Shown here: positions 1-7,829 of the stretch, piece by piece
Layout of the letters: each line of letters begins with the position of its first letter
Numbering within the stretch: the first letter of the stretch is position 1
Source: Longivirga aurantiaca
GTDB taxonomy: Bacteria; Actinomycetota; Actinomycetes; S36-B12; CAIYMF01
Assembly: GCF_042660085.1 (NCBI RefSeq)
Contig: NZ_JBHSTI010000002.1
Location: 450,001-482,000 of the forward strand
Reading direction: 5' to 3'
DNA: 32,000 bases
Made by a program: the position numbers and the translations under genes
Notes under the pieces: generated by a model
What the model saw: the letters and a program-made list of their open reading frames with translations, nothing else
Database searches by the model: none
What the model was told of the DNA's origin: nothing

Positions 1-1
1 G

Positions 2-1276
2 CTGCACTACGCCGTGCTGCCGTCCATGGCCGTCGGCCCGGACGACCTCGTCTCCTCGATCTCGCTGTCGTCGATGGCCGAGGGGCTCGCGCTGTTCGCC
101 GGCCCGATCCTCGCCGGCGTGGGCACCCAGGCGCTCGGCACCTGGTCGGTGGTCGCGTCCTGCACCGTCGCAGCGGCGCTCGCCACCGTGCTCGTGCTGG
201 GGCTCGGGCTCGCGTCGTCCGCGCCGCCGCACCACGGCGGCGACGACGAGAGCCCGCTGCGCGAGGCGTTCGCGGGCTTCGCCGCGCTGCGAGGCGACCG
301 GGGCGCGATCGCGCTCATGGTGGTGCTGACGACGTTCTTCGTCTTCATCGGCGCGATGGACGTGCTCGGCGTCGCCTACTCCGAGGACGTGCTGGGCCTC
401 GGCCACTCCGGCTCGGGCCTGCTCATCGGCGCGGCCGGGATCGGCGCCTTCGTCGGGGCCGCGATCGCCGCGTCGTTCGTGCGCCGTCGCGAGCTGACGC
501 CGGTCATCCTGGTCAGCGGCGTGCTCCTCGGGGCGGGGCTCGGCGCCGTGGCCCTGTTCACCGCGCTGCCCCCGGCGATGGCGGTGCTCGCCATCGGCGG
601 CCTCGCCGGCCAGCTGCTGATGGTCGCGGGGCGCACGCTGCTGCAGCGCTCGACGGACGACTCGGTCATCGCACGCGTCTTCGCCGTCCAGGAGAGCACC
701 TCGCTGCTCGGGCTGGCGCTCGGCTCCGCTCTCGCGCCGGTGCTGGTCGCCCTCATCTCCGCCCGTGGCGCGTTCATCCCGCTCGGCATCGGCATCGTCG
801 CGTGCGCCTTCGTGTGCGCAGCGTTCATCCGCTCGCTCGACGCGCGCGCGGTCTACCGCCCGGTCGAGATGGAGCTGCTGCGCTCGGTGCCGTTCCTCGG
901 CGTGCTGCCGCCGTACGAGCTCGAGCGGCTCGCGAAGACGGTCACCTGGCGCGAGGTGCCCGAGGGCACGGTCGTGGTCACCGAGGGCGAGCCCGGTCGG
1001 GACTTCTTCATCGTGGACGAGGGCTCGCTCGCCGTGCAGGTCGGCGGCGTCACCAGCCCCGAGCCGCTGACGGCTCCGGGGTGGTTCGGCGAGATCGCGC
1101 TGCTGCAGGACGTGCCGCGCACGGCCACGATCACGGCGCTCACGCCCGTGCGACTGCTGCGCATCCAGGCCGAGGACTTCCTCGCCGCCGTCACCGGCAG
1201 CCCGGACGGCCGGGCGCTCGCATCGGAGATCTCGGCGGGGCACCTCGCCCGCGACGCCGCCCGGCGAGCCACCTAG
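2..1276 (+). CDS. MFS transporter with C-terminal cyclic nucleotide-binding-like domain (5' end truncated by window)
   Basis: Open frame from the window edge to TAG 1274-1276; many hydrophobic helices (SGLLIGAAGIGAFVGAAIAAS, LTPVILVSGVLLGAGLGAVALF), then EGTVVVTEGEPGRDFFIVDEGSLAVQV...GWFGEIALLQDVPRTATITALTPVRLLRI, a typical cNMP-binding fold. Confidence 0.85.
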   Translation: MHYAVLPSMAVGPDDLVSSISLSSMAEGLALFAGPILAGVGTQALGTWSVVASCTVAAALATVLVLGLGLASSAPPHHGGDDESPLREAFAGFAALRGDRGAIALMVVLTTFFVFIGAMDVLGVAYSEDVLGLGHSGSGLLIGAAGIGAFVGAAIAASFVRRRELTPVILVSGVLLGAGLGAVALFTALPPAMAVLAIGGLAGQLLMVAGRTLLQRSTDDSVIARVFAVQESTSLLGLALGSALAPVLVALISARGAFIPLGIGIVACAFVCAAFIRSLDARAVYRPVEMELLRSVPFLGVLPPYELERLAKTVTWREVPEGTVVVTEGEPGRDFFIVDEGSLAVQVGGVTSPEPLTAPGWFGEIALLQDVPRTATITALTPVRLLRIQAEDFLAAVTGSPDGRALASEISAGHLARDAARRAT

Positions 1277-1293
1277 CCGCGCACAGCGGGGAG

Positions 1294-1312
1294 GCCTGAG
1301 CGCCTCTCAGGC
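1294..1312. terminator. Candidate bidirectional terminator hairpin between convergent genes
   Basis: GCCTGAG (1294-1300) / CTCAGGC (1306-1312), 7 bp perfect stem, 5 nt loop, between convergent stops; no clear T-tract. Confidence 0.45.
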
Positions 1313-1326
1313 GGCCTGGGGCACCT

Positions 1327-2010
1327 TCATCCGGAGAAGCGCCGGTAGGTGGTCGGCGTGAGGACGGCGTCGACGGGACGGTCGTGGGGCTCGTGCGGGA
1401 CGGAGTCGAGCACCTCGTCGTCGTGGACGACGGCGACGAGCAGCGGGCCGCCGTCCAGGTGCTCGGGCACGTCGGCGAGGAGCCGGTCGTAGAAGCCGCC
1501 GCCCTGGCCGAGCCGGCAGCCGTCGTGACCGACCGCCAGCGCGGGCACCAGCACCACCGAGCATCCCGACGCGGCGAGGCCGGCGGCGCCCGTGCCGAGC
1601 GCGGGGTCGGCAGCAGGCTCGGGGATCGCGAGCCTGTGCGCACGCGGCACGAGGTCGTCGGAGTCCCAGCCCCAGTCGAGGCGGCCGTCGTCGCGGATCA
1701 CGGGCAGCAGCACCCGTACGCCGGACAGAGCGAGGAGCGCCCGCAGCGCGCCGGTGCCCGGCTCGTCGCCGAGCGAGGCGTACGCCGCCACCACGCCACC
1801 ACCCGCGGCGACCAGCGCCGTCACCTCGGGGACCGTCCCGACCCGGACTGCCAGGCCGGACGCCACCTGCTCGCGGTCCGTCGCCGACCGCGCCGCCCGG
1901 GCCGTGCGCAGCCGTCGGCGCAGGACCTTCTTGGCGTCCGCGTCGTACGCCGCCCGGCCGCCGGCGGGGTCGGGGGCGGAGGTCGGCGAGGGGTCTCCCG
2001 GCAACGTCAC
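1327..2010 (-). CDS. 5-formyltetrahydrofolate cyclo-ligase
   Basis: 228 codons from GTG at 2010; family motifs LVPALAVGHDGCRLGQGGGFYDRLL and N-terminal KKVLRRRLRTARAAR; start chosen inside a long spurious upstream extension of the track ORF. Confidence 0.88.
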   Translation of the reverse strand: MTLPGDPSPTSAPDPAGGRAAYDADAKKVLRRRLRTARAARSATDREQVASGLAVRVGTVPEVTALVAAGGGVVAAYASLGDEPGTGALRALLALSGVRVLLPVIRDDGRLDWGWDSDDLVPRAHRLAIPEPAADPALGTGAAGLAASGCSVVLVPALAVGHDGCRLGQGGGFYDRLLADVPEHLDGGPLLVAVVHDDEVLDSVPHEPHDRPVDAVLTPTTYRRFSG

Positions 2011-2046
2011 GAGGTCATGATCCCCTCTGCGCCGTAGGGTCGGGGG

Positions 2047-3264
2047 GTGCGCAGCGTCGAAGAGCATCTCCAGCGGGTCCTGGCAGGGGTCGTGCCCCTG
2101 TCCCCGTTGGACCACACCCTGCTCGACGCGCGCGGCTGCGTGCTCGCCGAGGACGTCACCGCGCCCTGGCCGCTGCCGCCGTTCGACAACTCCGCGATGG
2201 ACGGCTACGCCGTGCGCGTCGAGGACGTCAAGGCCGCGAGCGACGGCAAGCCCGTCGTGCTGCGCGTCGTCGACGACGTCCCGGCCGGCTACCGCGCGAG
2301 CGTGCCCGTCACCGAGGGCACCGCGATCCGGATCATGACCGGTGCCCCGATGCCCGAGGGCGCCGAGGCCGTCGTCCCGGTCGAGTGGACCGACGGCGGC
2401 ATGCCCGAGGTCACGATCATGCGCGACGTGGCGCACGGGGCGCACGTGCGCTCGCGCGGCGACGACGTCTCGCTCGGCGATGTCGTGGCGACGTCCGGCA
2501 CCGTGCTCGGCCCGCGCGAGATCGCGCTGCTCGCCGCCGTCGGCCGCGGCCGCGTCTCGGTGCACCCGGCGCCGCGCGTGGTGATCCTGTCGACGGGCAG
2601 CGAGCTGGTCGAGCCGGGCACCCCGCTGCAGCCCGGCCTCATCACCGACTCGAACGGCTACACGATCGCCGCCGCCGTGCAGGAGGCCGGTGCCATCGCC
2701 TACCGCGTCGGCCCGGTGCCCGACGACGCGCCGCTGCTGCTGTCGACCATCGAGGACCAGCTCGTCCGCGCGGACATGATCGTGACGACGGGCGGCGTGA
2801 GCGCCGGCGCGTACGACACGGTGAAGGCCGTGCTCTCGCGCCTCGGCACGGTCGAGTTCACCAAGGTCGCGATGCAGCCCGGCATGCCGCAGGGCCACGG
2901 CTTCCTCGGCCCCGAGCAGACCCCGATCTTCACGCTGCCCGGCAACCCGGTGTCGGCGTACGTCTCCTTCGAGGTGTTCGTGCGGCCGGTGCTGCGCCGC
3001 ATGCTCGGCCACCAGCGCATCTACCGGCCGGTCGTCCGCGCGGTGCTCACGGAGACCCTGATGTCGCCGCAGGGCAAGCGCCAGTTCGCCCGTGGCCACC
3101 TGTCGGTCGAGGAGGGCCGCTACGTCGTGCGCCCCGCCGGCGGTCAGGGCTCGCACATGCTCGGTGCCATGGCGCAGGCCAACTGCCTCGTCGTCGTCCC
3201 CGAGGACGTCACCGAGGTGAAGCCGGGCACCGCGCTCGCCGTCCTGCGCCTCGACGAGGCCTGA
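2047..3264 (+). CDS. MoeA/Glp family molybdopterin molybdotransferase-like (gephyrin-like) protein
   Basis: SVEEHLQRVLAG, PLPPFDNSAMDGYAVR, EGTAIRIMTGAPMPEGAEAVV, ILSTGSELVEPG, DNVI and VFTLPGNPVSAY-like motif (IFTLPGNPVSAYVSFEVFVRP); adjacency to a glpR/sepX-like gene suggests the Glp branch. Confidence 0.92.
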   Translation: MRSVEEHLQRVLAGVVPLSPLDHTLLDARGCVLAEDVTAPWPLPPFDNSAMDGYAVRVEDVKAASDGKPVVLRVVDDVPAGYRASVPVTEGTAIRIMTGAPMPEGAEAVVPVEWTDGGMPEVTIMRDVAHGAHVRSRGDDVSLGDVVATSGTVLGPREIALLAAVGRGRVSVHPAPRVVILSTGSELVEPGTPLQPGLITDSNGYTIAAAVQEAGAIAYRVGPVPDDAPLLLSTIEDQLVRADMIVTTGGVSAGAYDTVKAVLSRLGTVEFTKVAMQPGMPQGHGFLGPEQTPIFTLPGNPVSAYVSFEVFVRPVLRRMLGHQRIYRPVVRAVLTETLMSPQGKRQFARGHLSVEEGRYVVRPAGGQGSHMLGAMAQANCLVVVPEDVTEVKPGTALAVLRLDEA

Positions 3265-3265
3265 C

Positions 3266-3757
3266 ATGACTGCCGACCACGGACTGACGCACGTCGACGA
3301 GACCGGTGCCGCGCGCATGGTCGACGTCAGCGGCAAGGCGGTGAGCGTCCGCTCCGCCGTCGCCACCGGCCGCGTGCTGGTGTCCGACGACGTCGTCCGC
3401 GCCCTGCGCGACAGCACCGTGCCCAAGGGCGACGCGCTCGGTGTCGCGCGCATCGCCGGCATCCAGGCGGCCAAGCGCACCCCCGACCTCGTGCCGCTGT
3501 GCCACCCGATCGCGATCCACGGGGTCGTCGTCGACCTCGACGTGCACGACGACCACGTCGCCATCCGCGCCGAGGTCCGCACCGCCGACCGCACGGGGGT
3601 GGAGATGGAGGCGCTCACCTGCGTATCCGTCGCGGCGCTCGCCCTCGTCGACATGGTCAAGGCGCTCGACCCGTCGGCGACGATCACCGACATCCGCGTC
3701 GAGGAGAAGCTCGGCGGCAAGACCGGGGTCTGGCGCCGCGAGGGGCTCGAGGCCTGA
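3266..3757 (+). CDS. moaC: Cyclic pyranopterin monophosphate synthase MoaC
   Basis: THVDETGAARMVDVSGK, AKRTPDLVPLCHPIAI, GVEMEALTCVSVAALALVDMVKA motifs characteristic of MoaC. Confidence 0.96.
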   Translation: MTADHGLTHVDETGAARMVDVSGKAVSVRSAVATGRVLVSDDVVRALRDSTVPKGDALGVARIAGIQAAKRTPDLVPLCHPIAIHGVVVDLDVHDDHVAIRAEVRTADRTGVEMEALTCVSVAALALVDMVKALDPSATITDIRVEEKLGGKTGVWRREGLEA

Positions 3758-4251
3758 TGCGCGCGCTCGTCATCACGATCTCGACCCGCGCCGCAGCCGG
3801 CGTCTACGAGGACGTGTCCGGCCCGGTGCTGGTCGCGGGGCTCGAGGCGCTCGGGTTCGACGTCGCCGGCCCGACCGTGGTGCCCGACGGCCCGGAGATC
3901 GAGAGCGTGCTCCTCGGCGCCGTGCACGACCGCTTCGACGTGGTCCTCACCACCGGCGGCACCGGGCTGACGCCGAACGACGTCACGCCCGAGCACACCG
4001 CCCGCGTCATCACGCGCGAGGCCCCGGGCATCGCCGAGGCCATCCGCGCTGCCGGCGTCGCCAAGGGCGTGCCCACTGCGGCGCTGTCCCGCGGCCGGGC
4101 CGGCCTCGCCGGGGAGACCCTCATCGTCAACCTGCCCGGCTCGAAGGGTGGCGTGAAGGACGGCATGGCCGTCCTGTCGGAGCTGCTCGTGCACGCCGTG
4201 GAGCAGATCCGGGGTGGCGACCACCCCCGGACGGACGACGGCGCGGCATGA
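3757..4251 (+). CDS. MogA/MoaB family molybdopterin-binding protein
   Basis: 165 codons, ATG overlaps the moaC stop (TGATG); RALVITISTRAAAGVYEDVSG, DVVLTTGGTGLTPNDVTPE, LIVNLPGSKGGVKDGM motifs. Confidence 0.93.
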   Translation: MRALVITISTRAAAGVYEDVSGPVLVAGLEALGFDVAGPTVVPDGPEIESVLLGAVHDRFDVVLTTGGTGLTPNDVTPEHTARVITREAPGIAEAIRAAGVAKGVPTAALSRGRAGLAGETLIVNLPGSKGGVKDGMAVLSELLVHAVEQIRGGDHPRTDDGAA

Positions 4252-4847
4252 CCGTCGGCTGGCCCGTCGTCCTGCGGGATGGCGACGTCGTGCTGCGGCC
4301 GCTGCGCCTGCGGGACGCCCGCGAGTGGCGCGAGGTGCGCGCCCGCAACGCCGAGTGGCTGCGGCCGTGGGAGGCCACGAGCCCGGACCCGGTGTCGGAG
4401 GCGCCCCCGACGTACGGCGCGATGGTGCGGCGCCTGCAGACCGAGGCCCGTCAGGGCCGGTCGATGCCGTTCGTCGTCGAGTTCGGGGGCGCGCTCGTCG
4501 GCCAGCTCACCGTCGGGGGCATCGCCTGGGGCTCGCTGCGCGGCGCCCACATCGGCTACTGGGTCGACCAGAGGGTCGCGGGCCGCGGGATCATGCCGAC
4601 CGCCGTCGCGATGGCGAGCGACCATTGCTTCGCGATCGGCCTGCACCGCGTCGAGATCAACATCCGACCGGAGAACGTCGCCTCGCGCCGCGTCGTGGAG
4701 AAGCTGGGGTTCCGGCCGGAGGGGCTGCGTCCGGCGTACCTCCACATCGACGGCGACTGGCGCGACCACCTGTCGTTCTCCCTGACGGCAGAAGAGGTTC
4801 CGGAGGGTCTGCTCGCGCGCTGGAAGGCTGCGAACGGCTGGGCCTGA
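4248..4847 (+). CDS. GNAT family N-acetyltransferase (RimJ/RimL-like)
   Basis: ATGA overlap with upstream gene; VVLRPLRLRDAREWREVR, IGYWVDQRVAGRGIMPTAV, HRVEINIRPENVASRRVVEKLGFR. Confidence 0.92.
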   Translation: MTVGWPVVLRDGDVVLRPLRLRDAREWREVRARNAEWLRPWEATSPDPVSEAPPTYGAMVRRLQTEARQGRSMPFVVEFGGALVGQLTVGGIAWGSLRGAHIGYWVDQRVAGRGIMPTAVAMASDHCFAIGLHRVEINIRPENVASRRVVEKLGFRPEGLRPAYLHIDGDWRDHLSFSLTAEEVPEGLLARWKAANGWA

Positions 4848-4959
4848 CGCACATCGTCATCCGTGTGGCCGCTCACCGCTCAGCGGTGTCCGCGACACGC
4901 ACCCTCAGTGACGCGTGTGATCCACGGGGTTACCGTGCCGTGACCGTAGCCTCGGGTTC

Positions 4960-5985
4960 GTGCAGAGCGGATCCGGCGTCCTCGGTGGATCGTGGATCTA
5001 TCTCGTCATCGCCGGCATGTGGGCCCTGGTGCTCGTGCCGATGTGGCTGAAGCAGCACGACGCGAGCCGGGAGTCGAAGTCGGCCGACCGGTTCGCCCGG
5101 GCCATGGGCACCCTGCGCCGCTCGCGCGGTGAGGCCGACGCCGCGCCCGCGCAGCGCGAGGTCCTCATGCCCGGCCGCTCGGCCAAGGTGCGGGAGACCC
5201 AGGTGGTCGTCACCGGGCCGCGCGCCGAGCAGAGCGCGTCCAGCCAGGCCGCCTCGCGCCGGCGCCGGACGCTGTACGTCCTCCTCGGTCTGCTGACCGT
5301 CACGCTGCTCCTCGGCGCCTTCGGTCTGATCCCGCTCGTCGCGGCCGCCGCGCCGCTCGTGCTCGTCCTGGGCTTCCTCGTCGTCGCCCGTCGGCAGGTG
5401 ACGCACGCGGCCGAGATGCGCGCGCGCCGCGAGCGCCGCGCGGCCCTCGCCGAGGCGGCCCGTGCCGCTGACGCCCACTACGCCACCGGCAGCACCGCGG
5501 CGCGTCGGGGCGGACGCGCGATGGACCCGGCCCCCATGTCGGACCGTCGCGGCGAGCTCGTCGCCGACTCCGCGTACGACGCCGTGGCCGCCACCGGCAC
5601 CGACGACGCGTGGCACGCCGTCCCCACCACGCTGCCGACGTACGTCACCGCCCCCCGCGCCACGAAGATGCCGCGCGTCATCGACCTCACCCACCCCGGC
5701 GCCTGGACCGGTGCCGCGATGGTCGAGCAGGCGCGCAGCACCCTCGCCGCCGAGCCGGTCGGCGACGGCGAGATGCGCGTGGAGACCTTCGAGATCACCA
5801 AGCCGCGCGAGGGCCAGCTCGAGCAGCCCGCGCGCGAGCCTGCGGCGTACGCCGACCGCTACGTGCACGACGACGACACGTTCGAGCAGCTGGCGTCGCA
5901 GGAGGACCTCGACGCGCTGCTCGAGGACCCGCGCACCGGCGTCGACCTGCCGGGCGACGGCTACCGCCGCGCCGCCAACGGCTGA
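4960..5985 (+). CDS. GlpR/SepX-like divisome-associated membrane protein (gephyrin-like receptor family)
   Basis: N-terminal GGSWIYLVIAGMWALVLVPMWLKQHDASRESKSADRFARAMGTLRR followed by a central TM pair TLYVLLGLLTVTLLLGAFGLIPLVAAAAPLVLVLGFLVVA; gene order moeA - ... - rimJ - glpR as in the known Glp/GlpR locus. Confidence 0.82.
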   Translation: MQSGSGVLGGSWIYLVIAGMWALVLVPMWLKQHDASRESKSADRFARAMGTLRRSRGEADAAPAQREVLMPGRSAKVRETQVVVTGPRAEQSASSQAASRRRRTLYVLLGLLTVTLLLGAFGLIPLVAAAAPLVLVLGFLVVARRQVTHAAEMRARRERRAALAEAARAADAHYATGSTAARRGGRAMDPAPMSDRRGELVADSAYDAVAATGTDDAWHAVPTTLPTYVTAPRATKMPRVIDLTHPGAWTGAAMVEQARSTLAAEPVGDGEMRVETFEITKPREGQLEQPAREPAAYADRYVHDDDTFEQLASQEDLDALLEDPRTGVDLPGDGYRRAANG

Positions 5986-6133
5986 CGCGCGCTTCCTGAG
6001 AACGGCCGCCTGCCCGGCAGAGGGGTCTCTCAGCGTCGTCCCAGGGTGACGGGGGTGCCTCTCACAGGTCGGGTCGGGAACGTAGGGGACGTCGAGGGCG
6101 ACGAGCCCTCCCGACCTCAGGAGAACGACTCAC

Positions 6134-6835
6134 ATGAACAAGAAGCTGACGCTCGTCCTTGCCTCCACCGCCGTCGCCGGCGGTATCGCCCTCGGAGCCA
6201 GCGCCCTCCCGGCCATGGCCTCCACCACGTCGCCGAGCCCGAGCGCCTCGAGCTCCGCCGGCTCCTCCACACCGTCGGTCGACGGCAGCACCGACGCCGA
6301 CCGCACCGCCGACATCCAGGCGCGGATCGCGTCCGAGCTCGCCGGCCTCGTCTCGGACGGCACCATCACCCAGGAGCAGGCCGACAAGGTCGCCGAGACC
6401 CTGGCCTCGAAGATGCCCGCCGGGGGCGGGCACGGGGGCCGCGGTGGTCACGGCGGCGGCTTCGGCGGCCTGACCGCTGCTGCGACCGCGATCGGGATCA
6501 CCGAGGACGAGCTGCGCACCGAGCTCGAGGCGGGCAAGTCCGTCGCGGCCGTCGCCGAGGCCAACGGCGTCTCGGAGCAGACCGTCATCGACGCGATCAT
6601 CGCCGAGGCCAAGGCCCACTTCGCCGAGGAGGTCGCCGCCGGCGAGCACACGCAGGCCGAGGTGGACGCCAAGCTGGCCGACCTGCAGACCCGCGTGACG
6701 ACCATGGTCGAGACCGAGGGCCTGCCCGAGCGCGGCGGCCGCGGCGGTCACGGCCCCGACGGCGACGGCGGTTCCAGCACCCTCACGCCGAACAGCACCA
6801 CCTCGTCGTCGGCCACGGCCAGCTCGGCCGCCTGA
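6134..6835 (+). CDS. Secreted protein with Gly/His-rich linker, function unknown
   Basis: RBS aggag before ATG; Sec signal peptide MNKKLTLVLASTAVAGGIALGASALPAMA; GGGHGGRGGHGGGFGG segment; low-complexity Ser/Thr tail. Confidence 0.82.
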   Translation: MNKKLTLVLASTAVAGGIALGASALPAMASTTSPSPSASSSAGSSTPSVDGSTDADRTADIQARIASELAGLVSDGTITQEQADKVAETLASKMPAGGGHGGRGGHGGGFGGLTAAATAIGITEDELRTELEAGKSVAAVAEANGVSEQTVIDAIIAEAKAHFAEEVAAGEHTQAEVDAKLADLQTRVTTMVETEGLPERGGRGGHGPDGDGGSSTLTPNSTTSSSATASSAA

Positions 6836-6900
6836 CGCACGCCCGCTCGACCCGCCTCGTCCCCTGACGTGGTCCTCTCCCGCCCGCTCTCCCCGGGCAC

Positions 6901-6937
6901 CGACGGCCGGCCTGCCTCCCCAGCAGGTCGGCCGTCG
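6901..6937. terminator. Candidate terminator hairpin after secreted-protein gene
   Basis: cgacggccggcctgc-ctcccca-gcaggtcggccgtcg, ~15 bp stem with one mismatch/wobble, 7 nt loop. Confidence 0.55.
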
Positions 6938-6991
6938 CCGATTCGGTAGTGGAATCTCGTCACCTGCGCCGAGATTCCACTACCCAATCGG
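6938..6991. repeat. 22 bp near-perfect inverted repeat, 10 nt loop
   Basis: ccgattcggtagtggaatctcg (6938-6959) / cgagattccactacccaatcgg (6970-6991), 21/22 complementary. Confidence 0.9.
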
Positions 6992-7012
6992 TGGGTCCCC
7001 TCAGCTGAGAAG

Positions 7013-7055
7013 GGATCAGGCTCCGACCCGACGAGCGTGGGACGGAGCCTGATCC
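7013..7055 (-). terminator. Hairpin immediately 3' of tRNA-Ala (minus strand), likely terminator
   Basis: ggatcaggctccg (7013-7025) / cggagcctgatcc (7043-7055), perfect 13 bp; begins 2 nt beyond the tRNA CCA; followed on minus strand by CCTTCTC. Confidence 0.65.
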
Positions 7056-7056
7056 A

Positions 7057-7132
7057 TGGTGGAGCTGAGGGGACTCGAACCCCTGACCCCCTCGATGCGA
7101 ACGAGGTGCGCTACCAGCTGCGCTACAGCCCC
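7057..7132 (-). tRNA. tRNA-Ala(CGC), CCA encoded
   Basis: Minus strand GGGGCTG TA GCGC AGCTGGTA GCGC A CCTCG TTCGCAT CGAGG GGGTC AGGGG TTCGAGT CCCCT CAGCTCC A CCA; G3:U70 pair typical of Ala; anticodon CGC. Confidence 0.95.
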
Positions 7133-7303
7133 TTGCGGTGAGGAGAGGGTAGCAAGGCACCGGCAGGCTGCCCAAACCGGATCGATCTGCCGCCGAGCAG
7201 CTGTCGCCGGCGCGACTCCGGCGTACGGCGGGAGCAGGCTGGAGGTGGGACGGGAGCATCCGGGACGCCGGACGCACGGACCCGCCTCGCGAGGAGGTGC
7301 GTC

Positions 7304-7816
7304 ATGAGCACCGTCAGCTCCGGTCCGGTCCTCCACCACCCCCACCCGGCCGTGCGGGTCATCGGCCACGTCGCGGCGGTGGTCGGCGGGGGCCTCGTGC
7401 TCCTCAACGTCGCCTTCGCGGCGTACGCAGCCCTGTTCCAGGTCGTGCGTCGTGTCGGGGCCGTACTGGTGGGTGGAGGCACTCCCACCGAGACGGCGCT
7501 GCTGACCGCGAACGTCGTCGTCCTGGCAGCCTGGCTCATCGCGGTCCGCTGGGTGACGGTCTGGTCGCTGCGGCGCTGGCCGACAGGGCTCGCAACCGCT
7601 GCCTGGCTGGCGGTGCCGACGGCGAGCGTGCTGCTGCCCATCGGGATCGCGCTCGTCGACTACCCGGTCGCCGTCACGCTCACCCTGTGCGGGGTCCTGG
7701 TCGTCGGGGTGCTCTGGCTGATGGCGCGCACCCACCAGCCGTGGGAGCAGCTGCTGTCCGTCGCGTGGGTCGCCGGCGCCCTGGCTGCGATCGTGCTCCT
7801 GGGCATCGACATCTGA
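7304..7816 (+). CDS. Small integral membrane protein, function unknown
   Basis: RBS gaggagg upstream of ATG; about four predicted TM helices. Confidence 0.75.
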   Translation: MSTVSSGPVLHHPHPAVRVIGHVAAVVGGGLVLLNVAFAAYAALFQVVRRVGAVLVGGGTPTETALLTANVVVLAAWLIAVRWVTVWSLRRWPTGLATAAWLAVPTASVLLPIGIALVDYPVAVTLTLCGVLVVGVLWLMARTHQPWEQLLSVAWVAGALAAIVLLGIDI

Positions 7817-7829
7817 CCCGTGCGTCCGC

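Noticed and set aside
1327-4224. 965 aa minus-strand ORF
   Set aside because: Only its C-terminal 228 codons (cyclo-ligase) are real; the rest is antisense to moeA/moaC/mog and has His/Asp/Arg-rich composition typical of GC-rich shadow frames.
7057-7132. tRNA-Ala as an integration site of a mobile element
   Set aside because: Only a 12 nt inverted (not direct) copy of the tRNA 3' part was found and there is no integrase or prophage gene nearby.
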